From an uncultured bacterium (GTDB taxonomy: Bacteria; Patescibacteriota; Minisyncoccia; UBA6257; 2-01-FULL-56-20), in assembly GCA_963719425.1 (NCBI GenBank), contig OY970382.1, positions 742,477-806,476 of the forward strand: a stretch of 64,000 bases of DNA, read 5' to 3'. Positions 35,487 to 45,584 of this stretch are shown piece by piece (the stretch's first letter is position 1; every line of letters starts with the position of its first letter). The notes under the pieces are model-generated. The model was not told where the DNA came from, searched no databases, and saw only the letters and a program-made list of their open reading frames with translations. A program made the translations under genes and the position numbers.

Positions 35487-36833
35487 TCAAATAATAACCG
35501 ATTCCTTTTCTTTCGGCACCTCGGCGACCACCGCAAGCTCGTCTTTGATTTTTTGCGCAAGCGCTTCGCTCGCCGCTTCTTCGCCCTGCACGACGAACAC
35601 TTTTTTGAGCGTATGGCGCATGGGAAAGAGCCATGCCATGAGGAGCGGCTGGTCGGCGTGCGCGGAGTAACCGGGGATGTTCACTTTTTTGCAACGCACG
35701 GGAACTGTCTCGCCGAAAATCTTGACCTCCGTGGCACCGTCAAGGATCTCGCGCCCAAGCGTCCCCTTTCCCTGATAGCCAATGAAAAGGATCGTGCTCT
35801 TCGGGTCGGGAAGATAACGCATTTCGTGATGCAGGATGCGTCCGCCGTTTGACATGCCCGATCCCGCGACTACCACCTTCGGCGGCGGGATGCTGTTTAT
35901 TTCTTTTGATTGTTCCGTCGTAAGCGTAAGATGCAAGCCGGGGAAATTCAGGATGTCGTCGCCGGACTTTGCGATGTGGGCAGTTTCCGGATTGAAATAG
36001 TTTTCGTACTTTTTGTAGACCGCCGTGAGCTTGATCGCGAGCGGACTATCAATGAACACCGGCACGCGCGGGATGCGCCCTTCTTCAAACAGCTCATGAA
36101 GATGATAGAGCAGCTCCTGCGTACGCTCCATTGCGAACGTTGGGATCATGAGCGTGCCGCCGGCCCTTACCGTGTCCTCTACTACGTCCTCAAGCTGTTC
36201 CTCGCGCTTATCCACGTTCTCGTGCACGCGGTCGCCGTAGGTTGATTCAATCACGCAGTAATCCGCCTCGTTTAATTTTTCCGTCGGTTGAATGATCGGC
36301 GACGGTGAATTGCCGAGGTCTCCCGAAAAGACGATCGTCTTTCCTTCGGCTTTTATCCGTATGCTCGCGGATCCCAAAATGTGCCCCGCATCAAAAAGTT
36401 CGGCGGTGAAGGCTCCCACGGTGACGGGCTCGTGATAGCGAAGGCCCTGCCAATGCGTGCGTAGCTGCATAATGTCTTCCGTCGTGTAGAGTGGCGGTTT
36501 CTTCTCGCGTTCCGCTTCTTTGCCGAGAATGTGCTCGGAGTCAAGGAGCATGAGCTCCGCGAAGTCCTTCGTCGCCGCCGTGGAATAAACTGTCCCGCGG
36601 AACCCGCTCCGGATGAGCGAAGGGAGGCGCCCCGTGTGATCAAGATGAGCATGCGTCACGAAAACGGCGGCGACGTCCTTTGGGTCGTACGGGAACGGGT
36701 CAAAATTCCGCCGCTCGGCATAGTGGCTCCCTTGGTGCAGGCCGCAGTCCACCATGATCTTCATCACGCCGGATTCCAAAAGATAGTTTGCGCCCGTCAC
36801 TTCGCCCACGCCGCCGTAAAAGGTAAGTTTCAT
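35487..36833 (-). CDS. MBL-fold beta-CASP ribonuclease (RNase J / CPSF-like)
   Basis: HAHLDHTG metallo-beta-lactamase motif and beta-CASP region. 448 aa. Confidence 0.8.
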   Translation of the reverse strand: MKLTFYGGVGEVTGANYLLESGVMKIMVDCGLHQGSHYAERRNFDPFPYDPKDVAAVFVTHAHLDHTGRLPSLIRSGFRGTVYSTAATKDFAELMLLDSEHILGKEAEREKKPPLYTTEDIMQLRTHWQGLRYHEPVTVGAFTAELFDAGHILGSASIRIKAEGKTIVFSGDLGNSPSPIIQPTEKLNEADYCVIESTYGDRVHENVDKREEQLEDVVEDTVRAGGTLMIPTFAMERTQELLYHLHELFEEGRIPRVPVFIDSPLAIKLTAVYKKYENYFNPETAHIAKSGDDILNFPGLHLTLTTEQSKEINSIPPPKVVVAGSGMSNGGRILHHEMRYLPDPKSTILFIGYQGKGTLGREILDGATEVKIFGETVPVRCKKVNIPGYSAHADQPLLMAWLFPMRHTLKKVFVVQGEEAASEALAQKIKDELAVVAEVPKEKESVII

Positions 36834-36839
36834 ACGCTA

Positions 36840-38144
36840 TTAATTGTAATCTTTTTCCTCAAGCGCCTCCTCAAACGCCTGCCGCTCGCTCCAGGGAATT
36901 TTCTCTCCCTTCGCCACGTGAATCCAATCCTCGCTTCCCTTGCCCGTGCCGATCACAACGTCACCCGCCCGCATGAGCGCGAATGCTTTCCGAACGGCCT
37001 CGCGCCGATCCAATATTTCGTACACGTTCACGTATTCCAGGTCCTCGCTTGAAATCCCCGCGTGTATCGCCCAGACAATTTCCGCAGGGTCTTCGTCGTA
37101 CGGGTCTTCATTGGTAAGAATGATCTCGTTGCAATATGCCGCGGCGATTTTCCCGAATTCCGGCCGTTTCCACTTGTCGCGGCCACCACCCGCGGCGCCC
37201 AGGATGCAGATAAGGCGCGCGTCTGGATAATTCGCATTCGGCTTCGGTTTCGCCGCCGCATAGGCCGCTTTGAGCGAATCTGGTGTATGTGCGTAGTCAA
37301 CGATCGCGGTATAGGAACCTTTCGTCAAAAACTCCATTCGCCCAGGAACGCCGCCGAAAGATTCAATCGCGCGTGTAATGGCCGTTTCGTCAACCTCAAG
37401 GTCCATCGCGATCGCGACCGCCGCCGCCGCATTCTGCGCATTGAAATAAGTGAGAACGAACCGCGGCGCCGACGCCCGCCTCGCAAAGCTTGGCTCCCCA
37501 ACCTTCGCAAGGACTTTTTTGATCGGTTCGTCTTCGGTGGAATACGATCGCGTTTCCCGCCCCGCAAGCGCGTTGCTGAAAAATTCAAAATGCTGGTCGT
37601 CGCGATTCAAAAGTATCCTGCCACCCTTCGCAAGCACGTAGTTCAAGAAATCCAGCTTCGCCTGCCGGTAGTTTTCAAAGGAGCCATGCGATTCAATGTG
37701 TTCCGGCGCGAGGTTAATCATTGCAGCGATTTTCCAATTGATAAAACGATGGCGGTGCTGCGTGACGCCTTGCGACGTGACCTCTATGATTGCGTAACGG
37801 CATCCTGCCCGTACCGCCTCCGCGAGAAAGCGCTGGATGCGCGCGCGTCCGGGCATTGAATTGCTGCCCGGATTCTTTTTGCTCGTTTCCCCGATCTTGA
37901 TGCGCAGAGATGAGAGTACTGCGGTCTTTTTTCCTGCTGCCTCAAGCATCGCGTTCAAAAGCTCCACCGTCGTCGTTTTCCCTTTCGTACCCGTGACGCC
38001 AATCACAAAGATTTTCCTGCCTGGCCTGCCGTACCAAAGCGCCCCAAGCCACGCCCAGAGGAAATGATACGCCGAAACAAGCCGCGGGGAATCGTAGAAG
38101 AACCGCGCGATGCGCGACCGCTTGAACTTTTCCATCGCCGCCAT
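36840..38144 (-). CDS. murE: Mur ligase family protein (MurE-like)
   Basis: VIGVTGTKGKTTT P-loop. Start chosen at MAAMEKF (ATG at 38144); the longer ORF overlaps the ruvA 3' end. Confidence 0.75.
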   Translation of the reverse strand: MAAMEKFKRSRIARFFYDSPRLVSAYHFLWAWLGALWYGRPGRKIFVIGVTGTKGKTTTVELLNAMLEAAGKKTAVLSSLRIKIGETSKKNPGSNSMPGRARIQRFLAEAVRAGCRYAIIEVTSQGVTQHRHRFINWKIAAMINLAPEHIESHGSFENYRQAKLDFLNYVLAKGGRILLNRDDQHFEFFSNALAGRETRSYSTEDEPIKKVLAKVGEPSFARRASAPRFVLTYFNAQNAAAAVAIAMDLEVDETAITRAIESFGGVPGRMEFLTKGSYTAIVDYAHTPDSLKAAYAAAKPKPNANYPDARLICILGAAGGGRDKWKRPEFGKIAAAYCNEIILTNEDPYDEDPAEIVWAIHAGISSEDLEYVNVYEILDRREAVRKAFALMRAGDVVIGTGKGSEDWIHVAKGEKIPWSERQAFEEALEEKDYN

Positions 38145-38145
38145 T

Positions 38146-38724
38146 TTATTTTTTCCCGAGCGCGCCGAGCGCTGCCCGGAGCCGCTCTTCCATGCCGCGC
38201 ACTTTCGAATCAACTTTCGCAAGCGCCGTGCGTGCCTCCTCGCGCCGATACCCAAGGCTCGCAAGCGCTTCCACAATGTCCGCATCGCCCTCCATCTTTT
38301 CCACGACCAAGCCCGATTTCGCCGATTCCACCTTTCCCCGCAGCTCAACGATCACACGCTCGGCGGTCTTCCTGCCGACGCCCGACGCGCGCGTGAGCAG
38401 GTCCGGCCGGCCTTCTTTTATCGCCGCCGAAAGCTCGCCCAATGGTGCGATGCCCAGGATAGAGAGCGCCGACTTCGGGCCAATACCCGAAACCGAGATC
38501 AGCATTTCAAAAAAGTTCATCTCCTCGGCCGACAAGAACCCATAAAGGTCCAGCGTATCCTCGCGCACGTAAAGGTGGGTGAAGAATTTCACGTCCGCCC
38601 CGACCGCCGGGAGCGCCTTGAGCGTTTGTTTGCTTGCAAACAGCTTGATCCCCAATCCCGCAGCCGTAACAACCGCAAAGTGGTCCGACTTCAGCGTTAA
38701 CTTCCCCGCGACGCTGTACAACAT
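38146..38724 (-). CDS. ruvA: Holliday junction branch migration protein RuvA
   Basis: HhH motifs ISVSGIGPKSALSIL and ASGVGRKTAERV. Confidence 0.85.
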   Translation of the reverse strand: MLYSVAGKLTLKSDHFAVVTAAGLGIKLFASKQTLKALPAVGADVKFFTHLYVREDTLDLYGFLSAEEMNFFEMLISVSGIGPKSALSILGIAPLGELSAAIKEGRPDLLTRASGVGRKTAERVIVELRGKVESAKSGLVVEKMEGDADIVEALASLGYRREEARTALAKVDSKVRGMEERLRAALGALGKK

Positions 38725-38801
38725 ATCTCAATTATATGCTTGCGGTGCGAAAACTTCACGCTGCTTGTGAAATTCCGGATTTCCCGCTATACTAACCATC
38801 A

Positions 38802-39059
38802 ATGCCTATCACATCATCCGCAAAAAAGGCACTGCGGCAGAATCGGACGCGGCGCGCGAGGAATGTCATCAAAAAGGAAAATTACAAGAAAGCGGTGACC
38901 GGCTACCGGAAGTTGGTTCTCGGAAAGAAAATTGAAGAGGCGCAAAAAATGCTGCCCGCGGTCTTTAAGGCGCTTGATAAAGCGGCGAAGACAAAGGTGA
39001 TCGAGAAAAATAAGGCGGACCGTTTGAAATCGCGCCTCACAAAGCTTGTTGCGCGCTAG
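38802..39059 (+). CDS. rpsT: Ribosomal protein S20
   Basis: 85-aa basic protein, MPITSSAKKALRQNRTRRARN. Confidence 0.85.
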   Translation: MPITSSAKKALRQNRTRRARNVIKKENYKKAVTGYRKLVLGKKIEEAQKMLPAVFKALDKAAKTKVIEKNKADRLKSRLTKLVAR

Positions 39060-39132
39060 GCTAAAAATCGACCGTTTGTGAGGTGGTAACATTTTGTGAC
39101 CACCTTTGACATTCCGAGTTGGAATCTCAGAG

Positions 39133-39675
39133 CTAACCGCCCGGCAAAAACCCCATCTGCTTTTCGCTTTTTTCCTCTTCGGGCAGCGCGAGAAGATTCT
39201 TTATCGCCCTGAAAATATCTTGGATTGTTTCGTCATGCTCACCGTATTTCCGTTCCAGTTCTTCCACTCTGCGCGCGAGTTCCTGATGCGATGCCATCAT
39301 TTCGCGGAGTTTTACGAACACGCGCATGATGAGGATGTTCACCTGCACGGCGCGCCTGCTCTTTAATACCGAAGAAAGCATGGCAATGCCCTGCTCGGTG
39401 AATACATAAGGTTGATATTTAATGTTCCCACCGCGCTTCAAGGTCGCAAATTGCGACCTTGAAAGAAGTACAGCTTTCCCCTCTTCCAGGGTCAGCCGGA
39501 ACATAAAATCATCGGGAAATCGCTCCCGATTGCGTTTTACCTGTTCGTTAAGGCGTTTGGGTTTGATCCCATAGAGTTGCGCTAAATCACGGTCAAGCAT
39601 CACCTTACGCCCGCGGATGAGCAAAATCCGGCACTCAACAATTTCAGCCGGGACTTCGGCGGGAGGAAGAGACAT
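39133..39675 (-). CDS. ORF6N-domain (KilA-N-related) DNA-binding protein
   Basis: ILLIRGRKVMLDRDLAQLYGIKPKRLNEQVKRNRERFPDDFMFRLT is an ORF6N signature. Confidence 0.65.
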   Translation of the reverse strand: MSLPPAEVPAEIVECRILLIRGRKVMLDRDLAQLYGIKPKRLNEQVKRNRERFPDDFMFRLTLEEGKAVLLSRSQFATLKRGGNIKYQPYVFTEQGIAMLSSVLKSRRAVQVNILIMRVFVKLREMMASHQELARRVEELERKYGEHDETIQDIFRAIKNLLALPEEEKSEKQMGFLPGG

Positions 39676-39698
39676 CCCCCAATCCTAGCAAACGATTA

Positions 39699-40526
39699 TT
39701 AAATGAGGATTAAATCCAGAAGGGCCTCTTCGTAATCCAGCTTCCCGGACTTTACCGCAAGGTCGTACGCTGCCATGCGCGGAATCTTTTCACCCGCCTG
39801 CGCGGCGAGGATATTGAATATCTTCGGCGACGGATCATTTATGGCAAACAATTTTTCAAGCGCGGAAAGGCGGATCCGCGCGTCGTAGCTTTTAAGACCG
39901 TTAATAAGCGTCCAGTAATTCGGCGCGGCCTCAAGGTCAAGGGCATCCAGGTCCTTTTTGTCAATGGTCGTACCGCCCGCGCGAACCGCAGCGCGATCGG
40001 AAGAGACCTTGAATGAACTCAATTTTTGCAGCTCGGTGACAAGCGCCCAAGAATTCCCTTCGTATATCGTCCCGAGAAACTCCGCAGCGGCATCACTTAT
40101 ATTCAAGCCCGCTTTTGTCGCTTCCGCCTTTATGAAAGCGCGCAGCTCAACCCCTGCAAGATTTTCAAATTTCTGCGCGAGTGACGGCTTTGCAAGGAGG
40201 AATGCAAGCGCTTTCACTGGTTTGTCTTTTTCCGAAATGAGGATGGTAACGTTTTTTTGTGTGATGAGCGGCTTCAACAATTTCGCAGCTTTGCTCTCGT
40301 CAAGTTCAAACGTATTTTCCAAGACGGCAAGCTTTGCGTTCTCAAAGATGGATTGGCTCCGCACGAACTCAAAAAAATCATCAAGGGCTTCCTCCGCTGC
40401 AAGGTCAAAAAAACCGAGCCCGAGCGCGGAATGCTTTTTTCTGAACTCCGCGACGATCTCTTTTTTCTTTTGGAGCCGGCGGTAGTCGTCGGGCCCGTAG
40501 AGAAATGTGATCATGGTCGGCGCCAA
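39699..40526 (-). CDS. holA: DNA polymerase III delta subunit-like protein
   Basis: 275 aa with an N-terminal LYGPDDY-type start. Weak family match. Confidence 0.5.
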   Translation of the reverse strand: MAPTMITFLYGPDDYRRLQKKKEIVAEFRKKHSALGLGFFDLAAEEALDDFFEFVRSQSIFENAKLAVLENTFELDESKAAKLLKPLITQKNVTILISEKDKPVKALAFLLAKPSLAQKFENLAGVELRAFIKAEATKAGLNISDAAAEFLGTIYEGNSWALVTELQKLSSFKVSSDRAAVRAGGTTIDKKDLDALDLEAAPNYWTLINGLKSYDARIRLSALEKLFAINDPSPKIFNILAAQAGEKIPRMAAYDLAVKSGKLDYEEALLDLILI

Positions 40527-40527
40527 A

Positions 40528-42195
40528 TCAAGATTTTCCTTCTTTGATCTTTCGTTTCGAGGCGGCCTTCATGAACTCGCGGAATAAGGGGTGCGGGTCA
40601 AGCGGCCGTGATTTGAGTTCGGGATGGAATTGCGAGCCCATGAAGAACGGGTGTTTCTCGCGAGGCAGCTCCATCACCTCCATCAAGCGCCGGTCGGGCG
40701 ACTGGCCCGAGAATACCATCCCTCCGTGCTCCAACCGTTTGATAAAGACGGGGCTTACTTCATAGCGGTGGCGGTGGCGCTCGGATATCTTTGCCCTGCC
40801 GTAGGCCCCTTCCGCGATCGTACCCTTCGTGAGCACTGCCGGATACGCGCCGAGCCGCATCGTACCACCATATTTCTTCTCTTCCATAAGCTTTTTTTGT
40901 TCCGACATAATATCAATCACGGGATATTTCGTGCGCGGATCAATCTCCGTCGTATTCGCGCCGCGGAGTTTCAAAACGTCCCGGGCGAACTCCACGACTG
41001 CAAGCTGCATGCCGTAGCAGAGCCCAAGATACGGGATCTTGTTCTCGCGGCAATAACGGATGGCGGCGAGCTTTCCTTCTATACCGCGGCTTCCGAAACC
41101 ACCCGGGACGATGATGCCGCCATATCCATCAAGCTTCTGGAGCGCCCGCTTCCCTTTTTCAAATTGCTCCGACTCTAGCCATTCAATGACCGGCTTTACC
41201 TTCCAATGCGCCGCGGAATGCTTGATCGCTTCAATGACGGAAATATATGAATCAGCAAGGACGAACTTCCCGCTTGAAAAATATTTTCCCACAATGCCAA
41301 TCTTCACAACCTGTTTTGCACCGTGGATGCGCGCTACAAGCCGCCGCCATTCATGAAGGTCCCTTTTGTGCATCCGCAACCCAAGTTTCTCAAGGACGAG
41401 GTTGCCAAGATGATCCTTTTCAAAATTTACCGGCACGTCGTACAAGCTCACGGCATCCGGCGCCGAAATAACATCCTGCTTGCGGACGCTGCAATTGAAT
41501 GCGATTTTTTCCTTTCTTTTTTCGTCAAGCGGATACTTCGCGCGCGCAAGGATGATGTCCGGCTGTAACCCTACGGAGTTCAAAGCACGCACAGCATGCT
41601 GAGTAGGCTTCGTTTTGAGTTCGTTCTCGTCGTTCATGATGGGCAGATAGCTCACAAGGACGAGGAGCACGTCCTTTGGCTGTTTTATCCGAAACATCCG
41701 GACAGCCTCAAGGAAAAGGATGTTCTCGTACTCGCCGGCGCTGCCACCCACTTCAACGATCACCAGGTCCGCCCTCGCGCGATGCCCGGCGCGTTCAATC
41801 CGATCGATCACCTCAAGCGGGATGTGGGGCACCACGCTCACGCATTTCCCTCCATACCCCATGCTCCGTTCGCGGTTAATTACCGCCTGGTACACGCTCC
41901 CCGTCGTCATGTAGCTCGCACCTGTCAAGTCGCGGTTAAGAAATCTTTCATAATTCCCCATATCCTGGTCGCACTCCGTGCCGTCGTCCAAAACAAAAAC
42001 CTCACCGTGCTCAGTGGGGTTCATGGTGCCCGCATCAACGTTCACATAAGGGTCAATTTTTACAGAGGTCACCTCAAGGCCACGCGATTGCAAAATTTTT
42101 CCGATGGATGCCGAAGCGACGCCCTTGCCAACCCCCGACATCACGCCCCCTACCACAAAAATATATTTTGCGTCCCTCATGCCTTGATTGTGCAC
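40528..42195 (-). CDS. pyrG: CTP synthase
   Basis: KYIFVVGGVMSGVGKGVASASIGKIL at the N-terminus and a GATase C-domain. Confidence 0.9.
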   Translation of the reverse strand: MHNQGMRDAKYIFVVGGVMSGVGKGVASASIGKILQSRGLEVTSVKIDPYVNVDAGTMNPTEHGEVFVLDDGTECDQDMGNYERFLNRDLTGASYMTTGSVYQAVINRERSMGYGGKCVSVVPHIPLEVIDRIERAGHRARADLVIVEVGGSAGEYENILFLEAVRMFRIKQPKDVLLVLVSYLPIMNDENELKTKPTQHAVRALNSVGLQPDIILARAKYPLDEKRKEKIAFNCSVRKQDVISAPDAVSLYDVPVNFEKDHLGNLVLEKLGLRMHKRDLHEWRRLVARIHGAKQVVKIGIVGKYFSSGKFVLADSYISVIEAIKHSAAHWKVKPVIEWLESEQFEKGKRALQKLDGYGGIIVPGGFGSRGIEGKLAAIRYCRENKIPYLGLCYGMQLAVVEFARDVLKLRGANTTEIDPRTKYPVIDIMSEQKKLMEEKKYGGTMRLGAYPAVLTKGTIAEGAYGRAKISERHRHRYEVSPVFIKRLEHGGMVFSGQSPDRRLMEVMELPREKHPFFMGSQFHPELKSRPLDPHPLFREFMKAASKRKIKEGKS

Positions 42196-42229
42196 ACTTT
42201 CCCTCCGCCACGCAAGTGTGTGAACGGCG

Positions 42230-43588
42230 TCAGGAGAGTTCCTCCGGGCTCACCTCGCGCTGGGGTACCAAATCTGGATCGGTGGGCAACGTAAAATGCA
42301 CCGTCGTGCCACGATTGAGCTCCGATTCAACCCAAATTTCGCCTCCGTGCGCCGTCACGATGCTTTTTGCGATACAAAGGCCGAGGCCGGACCCCTCCGT
42401 TTGCAATTTTACGGCATTGTCCGCCCGATAGAACTTGGTGAACAGCTTCCCCACCGCCTCGGGAGGAACACCGATGCCGGTATCCTTCACGCTAACCTCA
42501 AGGAACGGCCTGCCAGGCATGGCGTCCACCTTCATAATCACCTCGCCGTTTTCCACATTGTACCTGATGGCATTTTCCAAAATATTCACGATAGCGAGCG
42601 AAAGGCGTTCCTCATCTATCATGACGCGAGGCAAATTCCCCGACGGACGATCAAAATACAGCTTCACGCCTGCCGTCCGGGCAGCAGGCAAGACATCCGC
42701 CAAAATTTTCCCGAGGAACTCCGTAACATTCGCCTCGCGAAACGCGTAGCCGAGCCGCCCCTCTTCCATCTTTGCGATGTTGAGCAGGTTTTCTATTCTA
42801 CGCAAGAGCCCTTGGCTCGCAGCAAGAGCGTTGTCCACGATAAGCCTATTAGTCTCGGTAAGCTCCGCCGCATGGATAAGGGATTGGAGCGCCCAATTAA
42901 TGTCGGTAACGGGGCCGCGGAGCTGATGGGACGCAACCGTCACAAACTCGCCCTGCGAGCGTATAGCCGCAGTTTGCGCGGTGCGGTCGCGGACAATTTT
43001 CATAAACCCGAACGGCAGCCCCTTTCCGTCGTTGATCGGCGCGGTCGTCACGCGGAACTCAAGCTGCGGATTCGCAAACGACACATCAACCACCTGCGGA
43101 TATTCCCCCTCGGCTGAACGCACGATGACGCGCGGGGCGAGTGAAGGAAAGATGATCTGAACAAACGTGCGCCACGCGGGTCGTTCAACGTCCTGCGGCG
43201 TAAGCACGTGCCCTAAGATGGCGCCTGCGGGAATTTCAAAAAGGCGCTCGGCGGCCGGATTGAAAAAATTCACCCTGAAGCCCTTGTCATAAACTATGAG
43301 GGCATCGTCTACACTTGCGAGCATGCTTTTAAGCTCGCCCCGCTCAACTTCCGCGTCCCGGCTGACCGATGCCGCTTGGTACGCCGTGGCGACCGCGAGC
43401 GTAAGGACCACAAGCAACAATCCTCCTTTGACGTACACAAAAAAGCCGCTCGGCATGGTAACGACGTCGAGCACAAACGCCGCGGCGATGACCGCGAATA
43501 AAATCCAAACTACTTGGAACTCCTGCCGCACTATGACGTTTTTAAGTTTTGAAAGCCCTTTGTCCAAGTCCCTTTTATTGTACATCAA
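42230..43588 (-). CDS. Sensor histidine kinase (orphan; no adjacent response regulator)
   Basis: N-terminal TM helices, PAS-like region, H-box VASHQLRGP, HATPase_c with GGEIWVESELNRGT. Confidence 0.8.
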   Translation of the reverse strand: MMYNKRDLDKGLSKLKNVIVRQEFQVVWILFAVIAAAFVLDVVTMPSGFFVYVKGGLLLVVLTLAVATAYQAASVSRDAEVERGELKSMLASVDDALIVYDKGFRVNFFNPAAERLFEIPAGAILGHVLTPQDVERPAWRTFVQIIFPSLAPRVIVRSAEGEYPQVVDVSFANPQLEFRVTTAPINDGKGLPFGFMKIVRDRTAQTAAIRSQGEFVTVASHQLRGPVTDINWALQSLIHAAELTETNRLIVDNALAASQGLLRRIENLLNIAKMEEGRLGYAFREANVTEFLGKILADVLPAARTAGVKLYFDRPSGNLPRVMIDEERLSLAIVNILENAIRYNVENGEVIMKVDAMPGRPFLEVSVKDTGIGVPPEAVGKLFTKFYRADNAVKLQTEGSGLGLCIAKSIVTAHGGEIWVESELNRGTTVHFTLPTDPDLVPQREVSPEELS

Positions 43589-44516
43589 AAATAGTTCCTT
43601 GCCTGTCCCTCGTCCGTTTCGCAGTTCTTGCCACCTTCACAACGGTCGGCGCGTCCACGCCGCCGAGCCGCGCGAGAAGCGTCGCAAACTTCATTGCCTC
43701 AAAGTACGCTCTTACCTCGGACAGTTCCTTTTTCGTGGCGAGCGATTCCAAGGCAGGCACCGCGATCGGCACATGGCGTTCAAGCGTGACGAGCTTTTCC
43801 GAAAGCTCCGTGTCTTTTTTGTGCGCGCTTAACTTGTTCCCCAACGCTGAGTCACCCGCAAGGTTCACGTATATGCTCTTCACGCTCCCGAACTTTTGAA
43901 GGAGCTCTGCAGCCGTCTTCGGCCCCACGCCCGGCACGCCCTTCACGTTGTCCGACGGGTCGCCCACAAGCGCTTTGTAATCAATGAGTTGCGCCGGCGA
44001 GAGGCCGTACTTCTCATGCACCGCACTTTCGTCATAAATCGTCGTATCACTTATGCCCTTATTAAAGGTCCTCACCACTATTTTTTCTTCCTCCACAAGC
44101 TGGAGTGTATCGCGATCGCCGGTCAATATCACTATCTGCAACCCGCTCTCTTGTCTAAAACGTTCAGCAAAGGTGGCGATAAGATCGTCCGCCTCAAATC
44201 CCGGCGCCTCAAACGTCGGTATGCCGAACGCGGCGAAAAGCTTGTGGGCTTCAATAATTTGAGAAACAAGGGTATCGGGCGCGGGCGGACGCTGCGCTTT
44301 ATATTCCGCGTATATTTTGTCGCGAAAGGTCGGCTCCGGCCGATCAAACAGCGCCGCTGCGCAATCCGGCCTCTCTTCACGCCATAACTTCAATAAGATG
44401 CTCGCAACGCCGTAGATCGCGCCGGTCGGCTCACCCTTCGGCCCCGTGAACGGCGGCAACGCATGGAACGAACGGTGGATGAGAGAATTCGCGTCAATAA
44501 GAAGAAGCTTTCTCAT
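43575..44516 (-). CDS. Stand-alone 5'-3' exonuclease (FEN / Pol I N-terminal domain family)
   Basis: MRKLLLIDANSLIHRSFHALP... Confidence 0.85.
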   Translation of the reverse strand: MRKLLLIDANSLIHRSFHALPPFTGPKGEPTGAIYGVASILLKLWREERPDCAAALFDRPEPTFRDKIYAEYKAQRPPAPDTLVSQIIEAHKLFAAFGIPTFEAPGFEADDLIATFAERFRQESGLQIVILTGDRDTLQLVEEEKIVVRTFNKGISDTTIYDESAVHEKYGLSPAQLIDYKALVGDPSDNVKGVPGVGPKTAAELLQKFGSVKSIYVNLAGDSALGNKLSAHKKDTELSEKLVTLERHVPIAVPALESLATKKELSEVRAYFEAMKFATLLARLGGVDAPTVVKVARTAKRTRDRQGTIFDVQ

Positions 44517-45016
44517 ATTTTTGTTTTCCTACCTGATTGCTTCATCACAATATGTCTTTCGCTTTCGTTCTTCCCGTGCCGGAATGTGAGCCACATGACC
44601 CTTTGGGGCAAAACTCCTTTTGTGCGGTCGGCCCATTCAACCAAAACGACATTTTGGGGATCGGACAAAACTTTTCCCAAGCCCAATGCCGTGAGATGCC
44701 TTTTTGCCCTGTCTAAGCGATACGCATCCACATGAAACGCGTTCTTGAATGTTCCGCGCTTTTCCGCGTGCGCCCCCATACGCGGCAACGCATAGCGCCG
44801 CATAAGGACGAAGGTCGGACTCGGCGCACGTTTTCTCACACCCAATCCCTTCAAAAATCCCTGCACGAACGTGGTCTTTCCCGCGCCGAGTTCGCCCTGA
44901 AGTGCGAAGACCAACGCGTGCTTTCCGCGCGCTATCTTCCTCGCGAGCTTCTCACCGAATTCCTTCGTCCCCCGAGAAGAAAAGCTTCGATAAACTGTCG
45001 TTTGCTTTAATGACAT
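44513..45016 (-). CDS. tsaE: tRNA threonylcarbamoyladenosine biosynthesis protein TsaE
   Basis: LQGELGAGKTTFVQGF P-loop. Confidence 0.75.
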   Translation of the reverse strand: MSLKQTTVYRSFSSRGTKEFGEKLARKIARGKHALVFALQGELGAGKTTFVQGFLKGLGVRKRAPSPTFVLMRRYALPRMGAHAEKRGTFKNAFHVDAYRLDRAKRHLTALGLGKVLSDPQNVVLVEWADRTKGVLPQRVMWLTFRHGKNESERHIVMKQSGRKTKI

Positions 45017-45524
45017 AGATGATGAGTCCTGTAAGTAATACCGCAGTTCCCATCATTATCGCGGAAAATGCGGAGTTTGTGAACCCGCGGTTCAGCGGGG
45101 CGCCGGCGGGATAACTGCGGACCGCAACCACGTCACGCACAACTGCATTCGCCGCGCTCGGCGTTGGATTTGCAAACGCGAAATGCTGCGCAGGTCCTCC
45201 TGTGTGATCAATGCGCGAAAAACTTTTCCCCTCGGGCGCGCTGCCGTCAAAATTCCCATGGTCCACCAATGCGCCGCGCGCATCATAGAGCGTAAGACCT
45301 CCGTCCGTGTTCCGCAGGGATAGCTTCGTTGTGGTCCTTTTTAACACCAGATAGCCGCGGGCGGAGACGTGCTGTCCCGTGAGCGAAACTTTTTTGCCGT
45401 TTTCGGTCTTCAAAACCCACCCATCTAAATCCACCGCCGTGCCGCCGCCGTTCCAAAGTTCAATCCACTCTCCTGCCGCGTCCGCGCCCACCGGATTCGG
45501 CAGCCATTCATTGATAAAAACCAT
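44952..45524 (-). CDS. Lamin-tail-domain (LTD) protein with C-terminal TM anchor
   Basis: INEWLPNPVGADAAGEWIELWN LTD signature. 65-nt overlap with the tsaE start. Confidence 0.55.
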   Translation of the reverse strand: MVFINEWLPNPVGADAAGEWIELWNGGGTAVDLDGWVLKTENGKKVSLTGQHVSARGYLVLKRTTTKLSLRNTDGGLTLYDARGALVDHGNFDGSAPEGKSFSRIDHTGGPAQHFAFANPTPSAANAVVRDVVAVRSYPAGAPLNRGFTNSAFSAIMMGTAVLLTGLIIYVIKANDSLSKLFFSGDEGIR

Positions 45525-45584
45525 CGCCGCATTATATCTAAGAAAGATTAAATTTTTATGGTATTATCCATAGAAACCCGAGCC

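Noticed and set aside
35485-35694. N-terminal extension of the LOG-like ORF (and similarly the MurE ORF 38145..38348)
   Set aside because: The extensions overlap the 3' ends of upstream genes, are Arg-rich, and a well-placed ATG gives the canonical family N-terminus. Treated as spurious readthrough.
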